From: a virus
Lineage: Duplodnaviria; Caudoviricetes
Reading direction: 5' to 3' (one strand)
IMG/VR virus record: IMGVR_UViG_2684623050_000001
Span: 53,698-117,697 of that record
DNA: 64,000 nt
Shown: piece by piece, positions 38,700 to 48,878 of the stretch
Position numbering within the stretch: the first letter of the stretch is position 1
How the letters are laid out: each line of letters opens with the position of its first letter
Translations under genes and position numbers: made by a program
The notes under the pieces: generated by a model
Told to the model about the DNA's origin: nothing
The model's input: the letters and a program-made list of their open reading frames with translations, nothing else
Database searches by the model: none

Positions 38700-39266
38700 C
38701 TACGCTGCCATGCGGAATGAGCCGCGCATCATGGCGAGCGAACGCCGAAACTCGTCGGTGAGGACACCGGCTTCCGCCACGGCGATGGCGTCGGCCAGGT
38801 GCTCGTTGTCGGCGATCAGCGGACCGGTCGCCTTGCCGCGGGCCCGCAGCCAGTCGGCGTGAGGATACTTGGCGACCATCGCCTCGATCATCTCACCCTT
38901 GCTCGCGTAGGGCTTCACGACGGCCTTGGTCTCCAACGGCATGATCTGTGTCACCGGAATCGGCGACGAGGCCAGGATGCCGACGACGATGCCGAAGGCG
39001 CGGCTCGACTTCGCGTCCTGGGCGCCCGAGGGGACCTCGGTGAAGATCGCGCTGACACCGGCCGCTTCCTGAAGGAAGGCCGTGGACAGCTTCTGCGACC
39101 GCACGAGGTCGTCGGCCGTAACGCGGACGGTCTTGTTCGGGTTCTTCTTGGTCACGATCAGCCGCAGCCCGGTGAGTTCGAGCTCCAGGGTGTCGAGATC
39201 GAGCAGCATCCGAGCCATTCCCCAGTGGGTGAAGCTCGGATCGTTCGCAAGGATGGGGATCTTCAT
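38700..39266 (-). CDS. ruvC: RuvC-like Holliday junction resolvase
   Basis: ILANDPSFTHWG, FTEVP, ASKGEMI, EHLADA. Confidence 0.75.
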   Translation of the reverse strand: MKIPILANDPSFTHWGMARMLLDLDTLELELTGLRLIVTKKNPNKTVRVTADDLVRSQKLSTAFLQEAAGVSAIFTEVPSGAQDAKSSRAFGIVVGILASSPIPVTQIMPLETKAVVKPYASKGEMIEAMVAKYPHADWLRARGKATGPLIADNEHLADAIAVAEAGVLTDEFRRSLAMMRGSFRMAA

Positions 39267-39559
39267 GCGTATGCGCCCCAGTTTTCGGGGACGTCCTCTG
39301 GTTCGGGAGCCGGCAGCGGCGCCGGGTCCATGGGAAAATTGGGATACCGACGAATGGCCGGCGTCAAATCGGTCATGAACTCCCTGGAGTAGACTTCCAG
39401 GGTCATCGAGGCCGGACGGGTCACGACGCGATGAGGGGTCGCGTCGCCGCACTCCTCGAACCGCATCGTCTCAGCCGCACGCATCTCGCAGTTGCCGAGC
39501 TGGCCCTTGAAGACCGTGCCGTCGTCGAAGGTGATGGTGACGTTGGAGCCGGGGCGCAT
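39263..39559 (-). CDS. Hypothetical protein ending in WGAYA
   Basis: Coupled ORF. Confidence 0.6.
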   Translation of the reverse strand: MRPGSNVTITFDDGTVFKGQLGNCEMRAAETMRFEECGDATPHRVVTRPASMTLEVYSREFMTDLTPAIRRYPNFPMDPAPLPAPEPEDVPENWGAYA

Positions 39560-40134
39560 CAGAACATGCCCCAGCTGGCGTTGTCCTCGCCGAGATCCTC
39601 ACGGGTCACGACGATGGCTTCGAGCTCCTTGCGCTCGGCCTCCTGCGCCAGCCGGATCTGCTCGCGCTTGAACTCGACCCGCTGTCGGGCCTCCTCCTGA
39701 AGCCGCGGCTTGATCCGCTGCGCTAGGTCGGCGACCAGCATGTCGTATTCGTTCCGCCCGATGTAGTCGTTGCGGTCGCGCGCCTTCCACGGCTGGCTCG
39801 GGTTGAGCCTCTGATGCTGGTAGGCGGGGCCGGCATCGTCTCCCGTCCGCAGCCGGATGTAGATGACGTCCACCCAGAGATCCTGGATGTCGATGAAGTT
39901 GCCGTTCCCGACGATCATCACGCCGCTGGTGTCGGTGCTCGCCTTGGCGATCTCGTGCTCGGGCGTGTAGTGGACGTCGGACACTGCCATCAGCGGACCT
40001 CTGCGGCCCTCGATCGCGCCCGTCGTGACCTCGAAGGGCATCCCGTTGATACGAAACACCCGGCCGTTCTCGTAGACGCCCTGAAGGAGCGCCTCTTGCC
40101 CGATGAGGCCCTGGAACTCCTCGGCGAAGGGCAT
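39559..40134 (-). CDS. Hypothetical protein ending in WGMF
   Basis: Start MPFAEEF, TAATG coupling. Confidence 0.7.
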   Translation of the reverse strand: MPFAEEFQGLIGQEALLQGVYENGRVFRINGMPFEVTTGAIEGRRGPLMAVSDVHYTPEHEIAKASTDTSGVMIVGNGNFIDIQDLWVDVIYIRLRTGDDAGPAYQHQRLNPSQPWKARDRNDYIGRNEYDMLVADLAQRIKPRLQEEARQRVEFKREQIRLAQEAERKELEAIVVTREDLGEDNASWGMF

Positions 40135-40631
40135 TAGAACATGCCCCAGGCGTCGTTGTCCGCGTAGCGCTCCGACTGCTCGACCAGAGCCTCGGCCTCG
40201 CGCTCCGTCTCCTCGCGCTTGAGGCGGTCGAGGGTCTGAACGGCCAGGTAGTCGACGTAGGAGGAGAGCTGCCAGCCGGCCGTGTCGGCGTCCTCGAACC
40301 CACCGGCCTTGGCGCAGACCTGGCTCAGGCTGACGGCGAGCTTGGGCAGGAACCGATCCACGTTCTTCAACGGGATGTCGATCACCGGCCACTCGTCCGA
40401 GTCCATCAGCTCGAATTCGAGGATGTAGGGGTCACGCTTGCCGCGGCGCGCGCTCTTGAACAGCAGGTCGGTCCCGCCGTTGAAGGGCACGGTCTTGCCG
40501 CTCTTGGTCGAGCCCTCGCCGAAGTGAGCGTAGAGCTTGGTCGGGCCCGGCAGCATGTGAGCTTCGCCGGTCGCCGCCTTCTGCAGGATGGCGAGAACCT
40601 CGTCCGCCGCCTGCTCCTCGATCTCTGTCAT
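40134..40631 (-). CDS. Hypothetical protein ending in WGMF
   Basis: First gene after operator 40641. Confidence 0.75.
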   Translation of the reverse strand: MTEIEEQAADEVLAILQKAATGEAHMLPGPTKLYAHFGEGSTKSGKTVPFNGGTDLLFKSARRGKRDPYILEFELMDSDEWPVIDIPLKNVDRFLPKLAVSLSQVCAKAGGFEDADTAGWQLSSYVDYLAVQTLDRLKREETEREAEALVEQSERYADNDAWGMF

Positions 40632-40670
40632 CTCCGTTCCTCAGTCAGTGCTGACTTACTAGATATAGCG

Positions 40671-40874
40671 TCAATGAAGCGGCTTTTCACATCGCTTCAG
40701 TTGGGCTTTCACGTTGGCGAGGTTCCGGTGATCGGAAGGGGTCGCCGACGTGATGATGAAGCAGCCCGTCAGGACGTAGGTCCAGCGCAGGTGGTTCTTC
40801 TTCGTCTTCTCGATGGTCCAGCCCTCGCGCTTCTTCTGGCGCGCGAGAGCGTTCATGTCGCCCTTGAGGCTCAT
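40671..40874 (-). CDS. HicA-like small protein
   Basis: GWTIEKTKKNHLRW...SATPSDHR. Confidence 0.6.
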   Translation of the reverse strand: MSLKGDMNALARQKKREGWTIEKTKKNHLRWTYVLTGCFIITSATPSDHRNLANVKAQLKRCEKPLH

Positions 40875-41176
40875 GGCGTCACCTGCAAGCCGTAGCCCGC
40901 AAGGGCGGCGTCGATCTCCTTGATCTGGCGCTCGAAGTAGGTGCGCATCAGCGTGCGCAGAACATCGAGTTCCGGCTCCCCGTCGAGGACGATCATGTCG
41001 GCCTCGTCGCCCGGACGCTTGCGCGTGGCATAGTCGCGCATCGGGTATTCCAGCTGCACCCGCACGAACTCGGGTCGATCCCGACGGTTGAGAATGCCGA
41101 GCTGCGTCGCGTAGTCCTTGCGACGCCGCGTCATGGACGCGATGGCTTCGAGATCCCGGCTGCTGACGGACTTCAT
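40871..41176 (-). CDS. Hypothetical protein
   Basis: ATGA coupling. Confidence 0.65.
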   Translation of the reverse strand: MKSVSSRDLEAIASMTRRRKDYATQLGILNRRDRPEFVRVQLEYPMRDYATRKRPGDEADMIVLDGEPELDVLRTLMRTYFERQIKEIDAALAGYGLQVTP

Positions 41177-41460
41177 GCGGCGTCCTCGATCTCGACGCCC
41201 ATCTCCGCGAGCTCGTGCTCCGTGCGGTCAATGACCAGCTCGAAGTGACGCTCCATCGTGCGCAGCAACGCGAAGCCAAGGTCGGTGTTGAAGCGAGCCT
41301 CCTCGACGAACGCCTTGCGAGCCGCCGGCGAGAAGATCACCTTGGCATGAGCAAACTCTTTGGTCTGACCGCGCAGCTCTGCGGGGAGCCGTTCCTTGGC
41401 GTGCTTACGCTCGCTCGTTTTAACAGCGATCTTCTGGATCTGGTCAGTGGTGAGCTTCAC
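41173..41460 (-). CDS. Hypothetical protein
   Basis: GTGA coupling to sbcC. Confidence 0.6.
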   Translation of the reverse strand: MKLTTDQIQKIAVKTSERKHAKERLPAELRGQTKEFAHAKVIFSPAARKAFVEEARFNTDLGFALLRTMERHFELVIDRTEHELAEMGVEIEDAA

Positions 41461-43397
41461 GCTGCGATCTCCTCGATAACGCTGTCGCCGCGTGCCTTCT
41501 TGCGGACGACGATGGTGTTGCGGACCCAATCCTTGAGATCGGAGTGGCTGATGATGAAGACGGTCCCGCGCTCGCGAGCCTTCTCCTCCAGGATCATCGT
41601 CAGACGCTCGATGCCGGCCGGACACAGGGCGTTGTCGATCTCGTCGCCGATGAAGAGGTCGATCGGCTTCGTGGCGCGCGAGGCGACGAGATCCTGAAGG
41701 GCCATCGCCGCAGCGATTCGGACCTTGCGCTTCTCGCCGCCCGAGATGGCCGCGAACTCGTCGCCGCCCTGGTCGTGGGTGACGTCGATGGCGAACCGCT
41801 CCTTCAGGTTGCCCTTGGCGTCCTTGGTCAGGGTCGACCAGGTGGCGTGGCAGTTGCCGTCGGAGAGGGCGCCGAGATACTTGGCCGTCTGCGAGTTCAG
41901 GAACGGCGTGATCTCGTCCAGGAGCTCGGCGCGGGCGCCGGCCGGGGCGAACACCTTGGCAACCGCCTCGGCGACTTCGAGCGCCACGGTCGCCTTGCCG
42001 ACGTGCTCGATCGCGTCCTTGACCTCCTGCTCCAGCTGCAAGACCTTGGCCTCGGAGCGCTCCTTGGCCGCGAGATGCGGATTGACCTCGGCCTTGAGCC
42101 GGTCGATTCCCTCCTTGATCGTGCGCGCCTCGTGCGACTTGGCCCGGATGTCCGCCTGGAGCCGGTCGTCGTCGCGCAGGGATGCTCTCAGAGCGTCGCA
42201 CAGCGCGTTGGTCGCGCTGACGTCAGTCATTGATGCGCGATACGCTTCCAAGCGCTCAGTGACGCTCTGATGCGATTTCAGCGCTGTTTCATGCGCTGCT
42301 TTCGCGTCGCGCAGAGCGCGCAGCGCGTCGTTCAGAAGCCCCTGCTGCTTGGTCTGGGCCGGGGCGATGTCCTCGGCCGAGAACGGGCGGTCGCACGAGC
42401 GGCACGGGCAGCCGACCTGATGCGCCAGGCTGTCGAGGATCTCCTTCTCGCGCTTGGCGTCGCGGGCGAGCTGCCGGGCGTTGGTGTCGGTGCGGGCAGC
42501 CGCGATCGACGCCGCCTGCTCCTCCTCGATCAGCTCCCGCTCGCGCTTGCGCTCGATCTCGACCGCGGCGATCTGGGCCTCGGCCTCGTGGAGCTGCTTC
42601 TCGACGGCCGGACGGTCGATGGTCGCGCGTCCCTTGAGCGCCTTGACCTCGCCCACGAGGACACGGACCCGCGCGGTCTGGCCCTCGATGTGGTCCTTGC
42701 GCTTCTGCTCCCAGCGCTCGATGTCCGAGGTCAGGTCGAAGGCGATCCGGTCCTTCTCGTTCTCCAGGGCCTGCTGACGCAGCGCGAGCGTGTGTCCGGC
42801 CGCGGCGAGGTCCGCCTTGGCCTTCTGCACGTCGCCGAGCGCGATCCGGTAGCCCTTCTCCAGCACCGTCGCGCCGGCCGCTTCCTCGACCACGACCTTG
42901 AGATTCTTGTCGGTCATGCCCGGCAGGTCGGGCATCTGGTCCTGGCCGGCGTAGATCGCGCCGACGAAGACCTCCCAGGTGCAGCCGAGAATCTGGTTCA
43001 CGATCTCCTGGGTGAGCTTGTCGGTGCCCTTGGTCAGATCCGTGACCGTGCCGGCCTTGTCCGTGTGGACGACGGTGACGCGGTTCTTGCCGGCCTTGTG
43101 CTTGCGATGCCGGGCGATCAGGTAGCTGTCATCGCCATCGAGCACGGTCGCGGCGACGCGGCACTGCTTGCCGACCTGGTTGTTGATGACGGCATCGCCT
43201 TCGACGCCCCGCGCCGTGGTGCCGTAGAAGCACCAAGCGAGCGCATCCGGCAGGGTCGACTTGCCCGAGCCGTTGGAATCGGCGGACGTGTCGACCTCGT
43301 TGACGCCTTGGATCAGCACGAGGCCGCGGTCGGCGAGCGCGAGGCTCGCCTTCCGGATCGTGCCGAAGTTCTCGATCTCGATCTTGGGAAACTTCAC
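41457..43397 (-). CDS. sbcC: SbcC/Rad50/gp46-like ABC ATPase
   Basis: NGSGKST, CRSC zinc hook, SGGEK signature, IGDEI, IISH. Confidence 0.92.
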   Translation of the reverse strand: MKFPKIEIENFGTIRKASLALADRGLVLIQGVNEVDTSADSNGSGKSTLPDALAWCFYGTTARGVEGDAVINNQVGKQCRVAATVLDGDDSYLIARHRKHKAGKNRVTVVHTDKAGTVTDLTKGTDKLTQEIVNQILGCTWEVFVGAIYAGQDQMPDLPGMTDKNLKVVVEEAAGATVLEKGYRIALGDVQKAKADLAAAGHTLALRQQALENEKDRIAFDLTSDIERWEQKRKDHIEGQTARVRVLVGEVKALKGRATIDRPAVEKQLHEAEAQIAAVEIERKRERELIEEEQAASIAAARTDTNARQLARDAKREKEILDSLAHQVGCPCRSCDRPFSAEDIAPAQTKQQGLLNDALRALRDAKAAHETALKSHQSVTERLEAYRASMTDVSATNALCDALRASLRDDDRLQADIRAKSHEARTIKEGIDRLKAEVNPHLAAKERSEAKVLQLEQEVKDAIEHVGKATVALEVAEAVAKVFAPAGARAELLDEITPFLNSQTAKYLGALSDGNCHATWSTLTKDAKGNLKERFAIDVTHDQGGDEFAAISGGEKRKVRIAAAMALQDLVASRATKPIDLFIGDEIDNALCPAGIERLTMILEEKARERGTVFIISHSDLKDWVRNTIVVRKKARGDSVIEEIAA

Positions 43398-43585
43398 GGC
43401 TTGTCCTCGATCAGCTTAGGCGTGCCGGCGATGGTTCGCCCGATCACTTCCTCACTCAGCTCCGTCGAACCGACGGTCTCGCCTTCCTGGGCGAGTTCCG
43501 CGGCATCCTCGGGTGTGTCGGCGTCGACCTCGTAGAGACAGCGAACGCCGCGGGTCTCGAAGACCTCGATCTGGTAGCGAGCCAT
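43394..43585 (-). CDS. Hypothetical protein
   Basis: VDADTPEDAAE phage-type motif. Confidence 0.6.
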   Translation of the reverse strand: MARYQIEVFETRGVRCLYEVDADTPEDAAELAQEGETVGSTELSEEVIGRTIAGTPKLIEDKP

Positions 43586-43977
43586 CAGGCAGCGGCTCCC
43601 TTCGCGACCATCTTGTTCACGAGATCGGCGTAGTCGCCGCCGATGACGCCGGCCGGGGCAGGGGAGGGCGCCGCATCGTCCTTGATCGGCTTCTTCGAGC
43701 CGGGGAACGGATCGCGACGCTGCGCGGACCCCTTGCGCTCGCTGCCGGACGTGACGCGGGTGCGCGCCTTGGAATCGTAGCCGGCGTAGTCGTAGTCCCG
43801 CTCGATCACGGCGTCGGGCGCGAGCTTCTTGTAGGCGAGGCAGGTCGACATCGGCAGGCCGCCGTGGCTCTGCTCGATGAAGTTCTCCACCTGGCGCGTC
43901 GTCTGCTTCTTGCCCTTCCCCTCGACGATGGAGACGAACTGCTTGGTCTTGAACGTGACGCGATAGTAATCGGGCAC
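43585..43977 (-). CDS. Hypothetical protein
   Basis: Follows operator 43990. Confidence 0.65.
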   Translation of the reverse strand: MPDYYRVTFKTKQFVSIVEGKGKKQTTRQVENFIEQSHGGLPMSTCLAYKKLAPDAVIERDYDYAGYDSKARTRVTSGSERKGSAQRRDPFPGSKKPIKDDAAPSPAPAGVIGGDYADLVNKMVAKGAAA

Positions 43978-44045
43978 TCTGCTCTCCTGAAAGTCAGTGA
44001 TGACTTAATAGAATTTACGCGACAGAACGCGGGTAGTCTGCGCGA

Positions 44046-45122
44046 TTACTCGGTGGCTGCGCGGGCGTCTGTGATGATCTGCGCGGCACGGGCGGCGATG
44101 GCTGCCTCGTGGGGCGAGCCCATGCGCTTGATGAACCCGTTGACCGAGGTTTCGAGCGTGACACCCTTGGCCGCCGTCGTGCCGGTGCGGGCGCTCGCGA
44201 CCTTGCGCTCCACCTGGAAGGTGATGCCGGCCGCGCCCATCCCTTCGAGCCCGCGCCGGAAGGCGTTGGTCTCAGCGTCGTCGAAGGCGAAGCCCCGGAC
44301 CCGGACGTGGTTGTCCGCGACGATCAGCGGGATCTCCTCGCTCGGCGTGTCAGGCGTGACCTCGACGAAGGACGGGGCGCGCGAGGCGCGGTAGTTCACC
44401 CGCTTGTCATCGACGAGCAGGAACCCGGCCTTGGTGCCGATGTCCGAGAAGGTCTGGTGCGTCGTGGCGCCGATCGACCACACCTTGCCCGCCTCGAACG
44501 CGCAGTGGTGATGGTAGTGGCCGGCGAACACGCGCCGGAAGCCGAGCCCTGCCAAATAGGAAGGGGTGAGCCCGTGACCCGGCACGCCCGAGAGCACACC
44601 GTCGATGCCGGCATGGATCACGAGATCGGTCTCGGAGCAGTCGAAGCCCTTGCCGGGGACCTTGATCGTGCTCGCCAGCGCTTCGAGCGCCGCCTTGAGG
44701 TCGTCGAGCTTCGGAATCCACGGCACCATCGCCAGGCCGAGCGAAGCCAAGTGCATCGGCTCGGTGATGACGGTGAAGCCCTTGAGGCTCGACAGCGACT
44801 GAATGGCGTTGCCGAGCACCGTCGTCTCGTTGGACTTCAGGTCGTGGTTGCCGGGGATCGCCACGATGTTGAAGCCGTCCCAGGTGAGACCCTTGATCGT
44901 CTCCGAGACCGGGTTGAAGACCTCGGGGTCGATCGAGCCGCGCGAGTGGAACAGGTCGCCGGCGAAGACGATGGTGTCGCCGCCCGCCGCGCGCAGCTCC
45001 TGGGCGCCGCGCTTGAGCTCCGTCAGCATGTGGTCGAGGCGGGAGTTCAGCCCGCTCGGCAGCTTGGTGGAGTAGGCGCTCCAGTTGTGCGCGTGCTGGT
45101 CCGAGAAGAGAGCGTAGACCAT
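44046..45122 (-). CDS. sbcD: SbcD/Mre11/gp47-like metallophosphoesterase nuclease
   Basis: SDQH, GDLFH, GNHD, GHYH. Confidence 0.9.
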   Translation of the reverse strand: MVYALFSDQHAHNWSAYSTKLPSGLNSRLDHMLTELKRGAQELRAAGGDTIVFAGDLFHSRGSIDPEVFNPVSETIKGLTWDGFNIVAIPGNHDLKSNETTVLGNAIQSLSSLKGFTVITEPMHLASLGLAMVPWIPKLDDLKAALEALASTIKVPGKGFDCSETDLVIHAGIDGVLSGVPGHGLTPSYLAGLGFRRVFAGHYHHHCAFEAGKVWSIGATTHQTFSDIGTKAGFLLVDDKRVNYRASRAPSFVEVTPDTPSEEIPLIVADNHVRVRGFAFDDAETNAFRRGLEGMGAAGITFQVERKVASARTGTTAAKGVTLETSVNGFIKRMGSPHEAAIAARAAQIITDARAATE

Positions 45123-46249
45123 CAGCCGCGGCCTCCGGCGATCAGGCGCAGGCCCTGCTGCTGCTCCTGGGCGACCGACGAGAGCAGGTCGCGGTAGCCG
45201 TTGAGTGCCTTCGTGTTCTCGCCCACGAGCGAAATCATCTGCTGGAAGATGGTCGTGAACTGGTCGATGCGACCCAGCGCGGTGCCGAGCGCTTCCTCCA
45301 TGCGCTCCACGCGGTCGAACAGCTCGGTCGCGGTGCGCTTGGGCACCGCAACGGTCTCCTCGACGGGCTCCTCGATCACAGCCGGCGTCTCGGTGATGAC
45401 CGGGGCAGGGGAGGGCGCGAGATCGGGGACCGGCAGGGTCTGGCGCCAGAGCGCGATGACGCCGCGAATCTCCATGCGCATGCGGTCGAGCTCGGCGTCG
45501 GTCAGGTGGATCGAGTGACCGAAGGCAGCGGTAGCCTCGTTCAGCCGGTCGGCCTCGGCCGAGACGAACATGACGGCGCGACCGCCCCGGCCCGGCTGCC
45601 AGGCCGAGAGCGTGTCGGAGAAGCCGGCGTTGCGCAGGCAGCGGCCGGCGTTCATGTGGTGCTGGAGCTCGGGCCGGACGATCTCGTAGACGCCCTTCGC
45701 CTTCACGTAGAAGCGGCCGTCGAGCTCCACCGCAATCTGCTCGGCCGACGTGCCGCCGATCCGGAAGGTGATCGCCTTGAGCGGCTGATCGGTGCCTTCG
45801 AGGCGCATGCCGTCGAACGGGATGTAGACCGGCAGCGCGATCGGCGAGGGCGTCGGGGTCGGCGTCATGGTCTTCTCCTCGCGTTCCCGCACGAGCCTGC
45901 GGTTCTTGGCGATCGACTTGTTGCGGGTGAGATCCTTGCGGGCCTGCTCGATGAAGGCCTTGTCACGCACGACGCCGAGCATCGCGTCGGCCTTGTCCTC
46001 GTGCAGGTAGTAGCCCCAGGGGTGGACGGCGTTCTTCTTGACCAGGGCCCAGTGCCGGCCGGGGACGCGGTTGCGCGTCTCTGCGGCGATGGCTTGGCCC
46101 AGTTCCTCGTCGCCGATCACAGCGTCGGCAAGGGCGCGCCCCAGGTCGCACATGCGGACCGAGGGGACATAGGTGCCGTTCTTGTCGAGCAGGCCAACGC
46201 GGTTGTTACCCTTGACGCTCGGTAGCGGCTGGAAGCTCTCCATCTTCAC
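45122..46249 (-). CDS. Hypothetical protein (possible DNA-binding/antirepressor-like)
   Basis: 375-aa ORF after operator 46270. Confidence 0.65.
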   Translation of the reverse strand: MKMESFQPLPSVKGNNRVGLLDKNGTYVPSVRMCDLGRALADAVIGDEELGQAIAAETRNRVPGRHWALVKKNAVHPWGYYLHEDKADAMLGVVRDKAFIEQARKDLTRNKSIAKNRRLVREREEKTMTPTPTPSPIALPVYIPFDGMRLEGTDQPLKAITFRIGGTSAEQIAVELDGRFYVKAKGVYEIVRPELQHHMNAGRCLRNAGFSDTLSAWQPGRGGRAVMFVSAEADRLNEATAAFGHSIHLTDAELDRMRMEIRGVIALWRQTLPVPDLAPSPAPVITETPAVIEEPVEETVAVPKRTATELFDRVERMEEALGTALGRIDQFTTIFQQMISLVGENTKALNGYRDLLSSVAQEQQQGLRLIAGGRG

Positions 46250-46323
46250 TCTCGTCGTGCTCCGTGTGCTCAGTCATCGCTGACTGACTCGTTATAGCAG
46301 CGCACGATCGGCGTTTCAGTCGG

Positions 46324-46740
46324 CTAGAGCTTCAGGACGCCTGGCTTGTGAAGGAAGTGGTCGAGGGGCAGGAAGCGCTGGAGCGAGCCGCCCCGGCCGC
46401 GGCCCGTGTAGTTCAGGACCTTCGCCTTGTCCCGGTCGAAGAAATTCTCGATCCGGGTCAGGTAGTAGCCCTTGTCGTCGTCCTTGAGCTTCACGCCCAC
46501 GAACTTGATGCAGCGGGCGCGCATCTGGATCAGCGTGCCGTCGTCGATCGCCCAGCAGGCGGTTCCCGATCGCACCGCGTCCGAGATGCAGGCCTCGCCC
46601 GACCGGTAGATCTCCTTGCGGCTCCGGTAGGCGAGGTAGACGCGCTCCCCGTTCGGATATTGGTAAATGCCGCCGTAGAGACGGTTGCCCTTCTTGACCT
46701 TCTCAAGCAGCGTAACGAAGGTCTTTTTCGAGGATGCCAT
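46324..46740 (-). CDS. Basic hypothetical protein
   Basis: Start MASSKK. Confidence 0.65.
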   Translation of the reverse strand: MASSKKTFVTLLEKVKKGNRLYGGIYQYPNGERVYLAYRSRKEIYRSGEACISDAVRSGTACWAIDDGTLIQMRARCIKFVGVKLKDDDKGYYLTRIENFFDRDKAKVLNYTGRGRGGSLQRFLPLDHFLHKPGVLKL

Positions 46741-47164
46741 TGGGGTCCCACTTCCAAATACCCTGGGCACCACGCACCGGCACGGGCTCGATAAGCGGAC
46801 GATGATCGCGCAGACGCCAAGCGAAGCGACCGACTTCCCACCAGCCGTAGAGCTGCTCCTCCTCCGTGACGTCCTCGAAGTCCTCCTCGGTGATCTGGTC
46901 ACACGAATGGAGGAGCGCGGTGCCCAGGAGATAGCCGTTCGGCATATCGTCCAGGTGCCGCGGGAGGTTGGTCTCGAAGTAGTAGCGGGCGAAGGTCGGG
47001 TTCGCGAACGCCGCCCGCTGCTCTGCCTTGATGGTCTTGGTCGAGGCGATCCCGATGCGCTTGCCGATTAGGCGCTCCGGCGCGGGCCAGCCGCGGGTCT
47101 CGTTGAGCTTGAACCCGTGCGCGGCGAGCAGCGCATACGGGTTCCAGATTGAAATGACGTCCAT
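46703..47164 (-). CDS. ASCH-domain protein
   Basis: ISIWNPYA...GFKLNETRGW...PVRGAQGIW. Confidence 0.8.
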   Translation of the reverse strand: MDVISIWNPYALLAAHGFKLNETRGWPAPERLIGKRIGIASTKTIKAEQRAAFANPTFARYYFETNLPRHLDDMPNGYLLGTALLHSCDQITEEDFEDVTEEEQLYGWWEVGRFAWRLRDHRPLIEPVPVRGAQGIWKWDPNGILEKDLRYAA

Positions 47165-47237
47165 AGCTATCCCTCTGTATCACAGAGAGATAGCGGGTTT
47201 CGCGAAGCCGCTCTAGGGCGGCTTCGCTGTTTTGGCG

Positions 47238-48350
47238 CTACGCAGCGTCCGAAAGAAGCAGGGCGTTGTCGGCCTCGGTCTCGCCGGTCAGCTCGGCCGC
47301 GTCGACTTCCTCGGGCTCGTAGTTCTTCGGCAGCAGGTCGTGGAGCTTGGACAGCTCGCCGGCCTTCTCGATGTGCCGAGCCAGCTGCTCCTTGTGCCAG
47401 CTCTTGCCCTCGAACTCGACGTAGCCCGGCCGAGCCGTCTTGAGGAGCTTCTCGCCTTCGAGGAACTCGATCAGGCTCCGCTCGATGTCGAACTTGCCGG
47501 TGCCGTCGGGCTGGAACATGAAGCGCCAGGACGCCTTCTGGAACGGCCGGACGACCTTGTTCTTGGCCGTGGTCGCCGAGATCTCCATGCCGAGGATCTC
47601 GGCGTTCTCGCCCTTGCCCTTCGTGATCTTGGCCGCGGCGCCGAGCATCAGCTTCACGGTGTCGTAGTAGAGCGGCGCCTCGCCACCCGGCGTCTTGCGC
47701 GGGTCGCCGTAGACCACGCCGATCTTCATGCGGATCTGGTTCAGGAAGATGCCGCAGACGCCGAGCTCCTCCAGGTAGAGCGCGAAGGCCGGGAAGTGGG
47801 CCGAGGTCGCGCGGGCGAGCGCGGTGTTGTCGTTCATGTTGCGGTCGCCCATCGCCTTGTCCTTGCCCGTCTTCATGTCGAGCAGCGCGGACTGGGGCAC
47901 CATCGAGGCGAGCGAATCGAACACCCAGCAGATCGGGGCCGACGGCGAGATCAGCTTCTTGTCGCGGATCAGCGTCGCGGTCTCGACGCAGGCGGTCAGG
48001 CTGTCCTCGAAGGTGCGCGGCTTCTTGTAGACGAAGGTGCCGGGCTTGGTGGACAGGCCGATCCGCTCGCCCAGCGGCATCGAGTAGGCGCGCTCGTGGT
48101 CGGACAGGCCGGCGAACCCGCCCGCCTTCTGGGCGGCGATCATCGCGCGCGTGGCGATGGCCGTCTTGCCGGCAGCCGACGGGCCGGCGATCTCGACCAT
48201 GCGGGCGACGGGGAAGCCGCCGTCCCAGCGGCCGGACAGGGCGTAGTTGAGCGGCGCGTAGCCGGTGTCGAGGAAGCCGGTGACGGTGGATTCGGGGTCG
48301 CTCTGACCGAGCGCGCCGAGAGCCTTCGCGATTTCAGCAGCAGATGCCAT
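47238..48350 (-). CDS. recA: RecA/UvsX recombinase
   Basis: EIAGPSAAGKT, VFDSLASM, NQIRMKIGVVYGDP, TPGG. Confidence 0.93.
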   Translation of the reverse strand: MASAAEIAKALGALGQSDPESTVTGFLDTGYAPLNYALSGRWDGGFPVARMVEIAGPSAAGKTAIATRAMIAAQKAGGFAGLSDHERAYSMPLGERIGLSTKPGTFVYKKPRTFEDSLTACVETATLIRDKKLISPSAPICWVFDSLASMVPQSALLDMKTGKDKAMGDRNMNDNTALARATSAHFPAFALYLEELGVCGIFLNQIRMKIGVVYGDPRKTPGGEAPLYYDTVKLMLGAAAKITKGKGENAEILGMEISATTAKNKVVRPFQKASWRFMFQPDGTGKFDIERSLIEFLEGEKLLKTARPGYVEFEGKSWHKEQLARHIEKAGELSKLHDLLPKNYEPEEVDAAELTGETEADNALLLSDAA

Positions 48351-48362
48351 GTGTCTTGATCC

Positions 48363-48878
48363 TTATTCGTCAACAAAACCGACGCCATCGTCCAGATCAG
48401 CCGAAGCTGCGGGCGAGACGTCATCGTCCTCGTCGTCGATGAAATCGACGCCGTTGATGGTGGGAGCGGGCGCAGGACTGCTCTGCTGCCGCTCGAATTC
48501 GTCGCGCGCGTCCTTGCACATGCGCCCGCCGATCTCCGCGACGGTCAGACCGGAGCGGGTGGGCGCGCGGGAGCCGGGCTGCGGCACCTGGGTGAAGGCC
48601 GTGGCGCGGGCGCCGGCCGGGTAGGTCGGCACGCGATCGGGCAGGGGCGCCGGCGTGAGCAGGCCGGTGGGCAGCTCCATGTCGAGCTTGAAGCCCGTGG
48701 CCGGCGCCTGGGCGGCCGCGACGGCGTTCAGCCGGGCCGCCTGCAAGCGCAGGGCGACGTAGGTGAAGGCCTTCTCGACCTGCTCAACGCTCGCGCCGGC
48801 CTTGGTGAGCGACTTGTTGAGGGTGTCGCCCACCTTCGCCGCGCGGGTCACAGCACCTTCGATCGTCTCGGTGCTCAT
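48363..48878 (-). CDS. Hypothetical protein
   Basis: Coupled ORF with acidic tail. Confidence 0.65.
   Translation of the reverse strand: MSTETIEGAVTRAAKVGDTLNKSLTKAGASVEQVEKAFTYVALRLQAARLNAVAAAQAPATGFKLDMELPTGLLTPAPLPDRVPTYPAGARATAFTQVPQPGSRAPTRSGLTVAEIGGRMCKDARDEFERQQSSPAPAPTINGVDFIDDEDDDVSPAASADLDDGVGFVDE

Noticed and set aside
40671-40874. Complete HicAB toxin-antitoxin module
   Set aside because: No recognisable HicB adjacent
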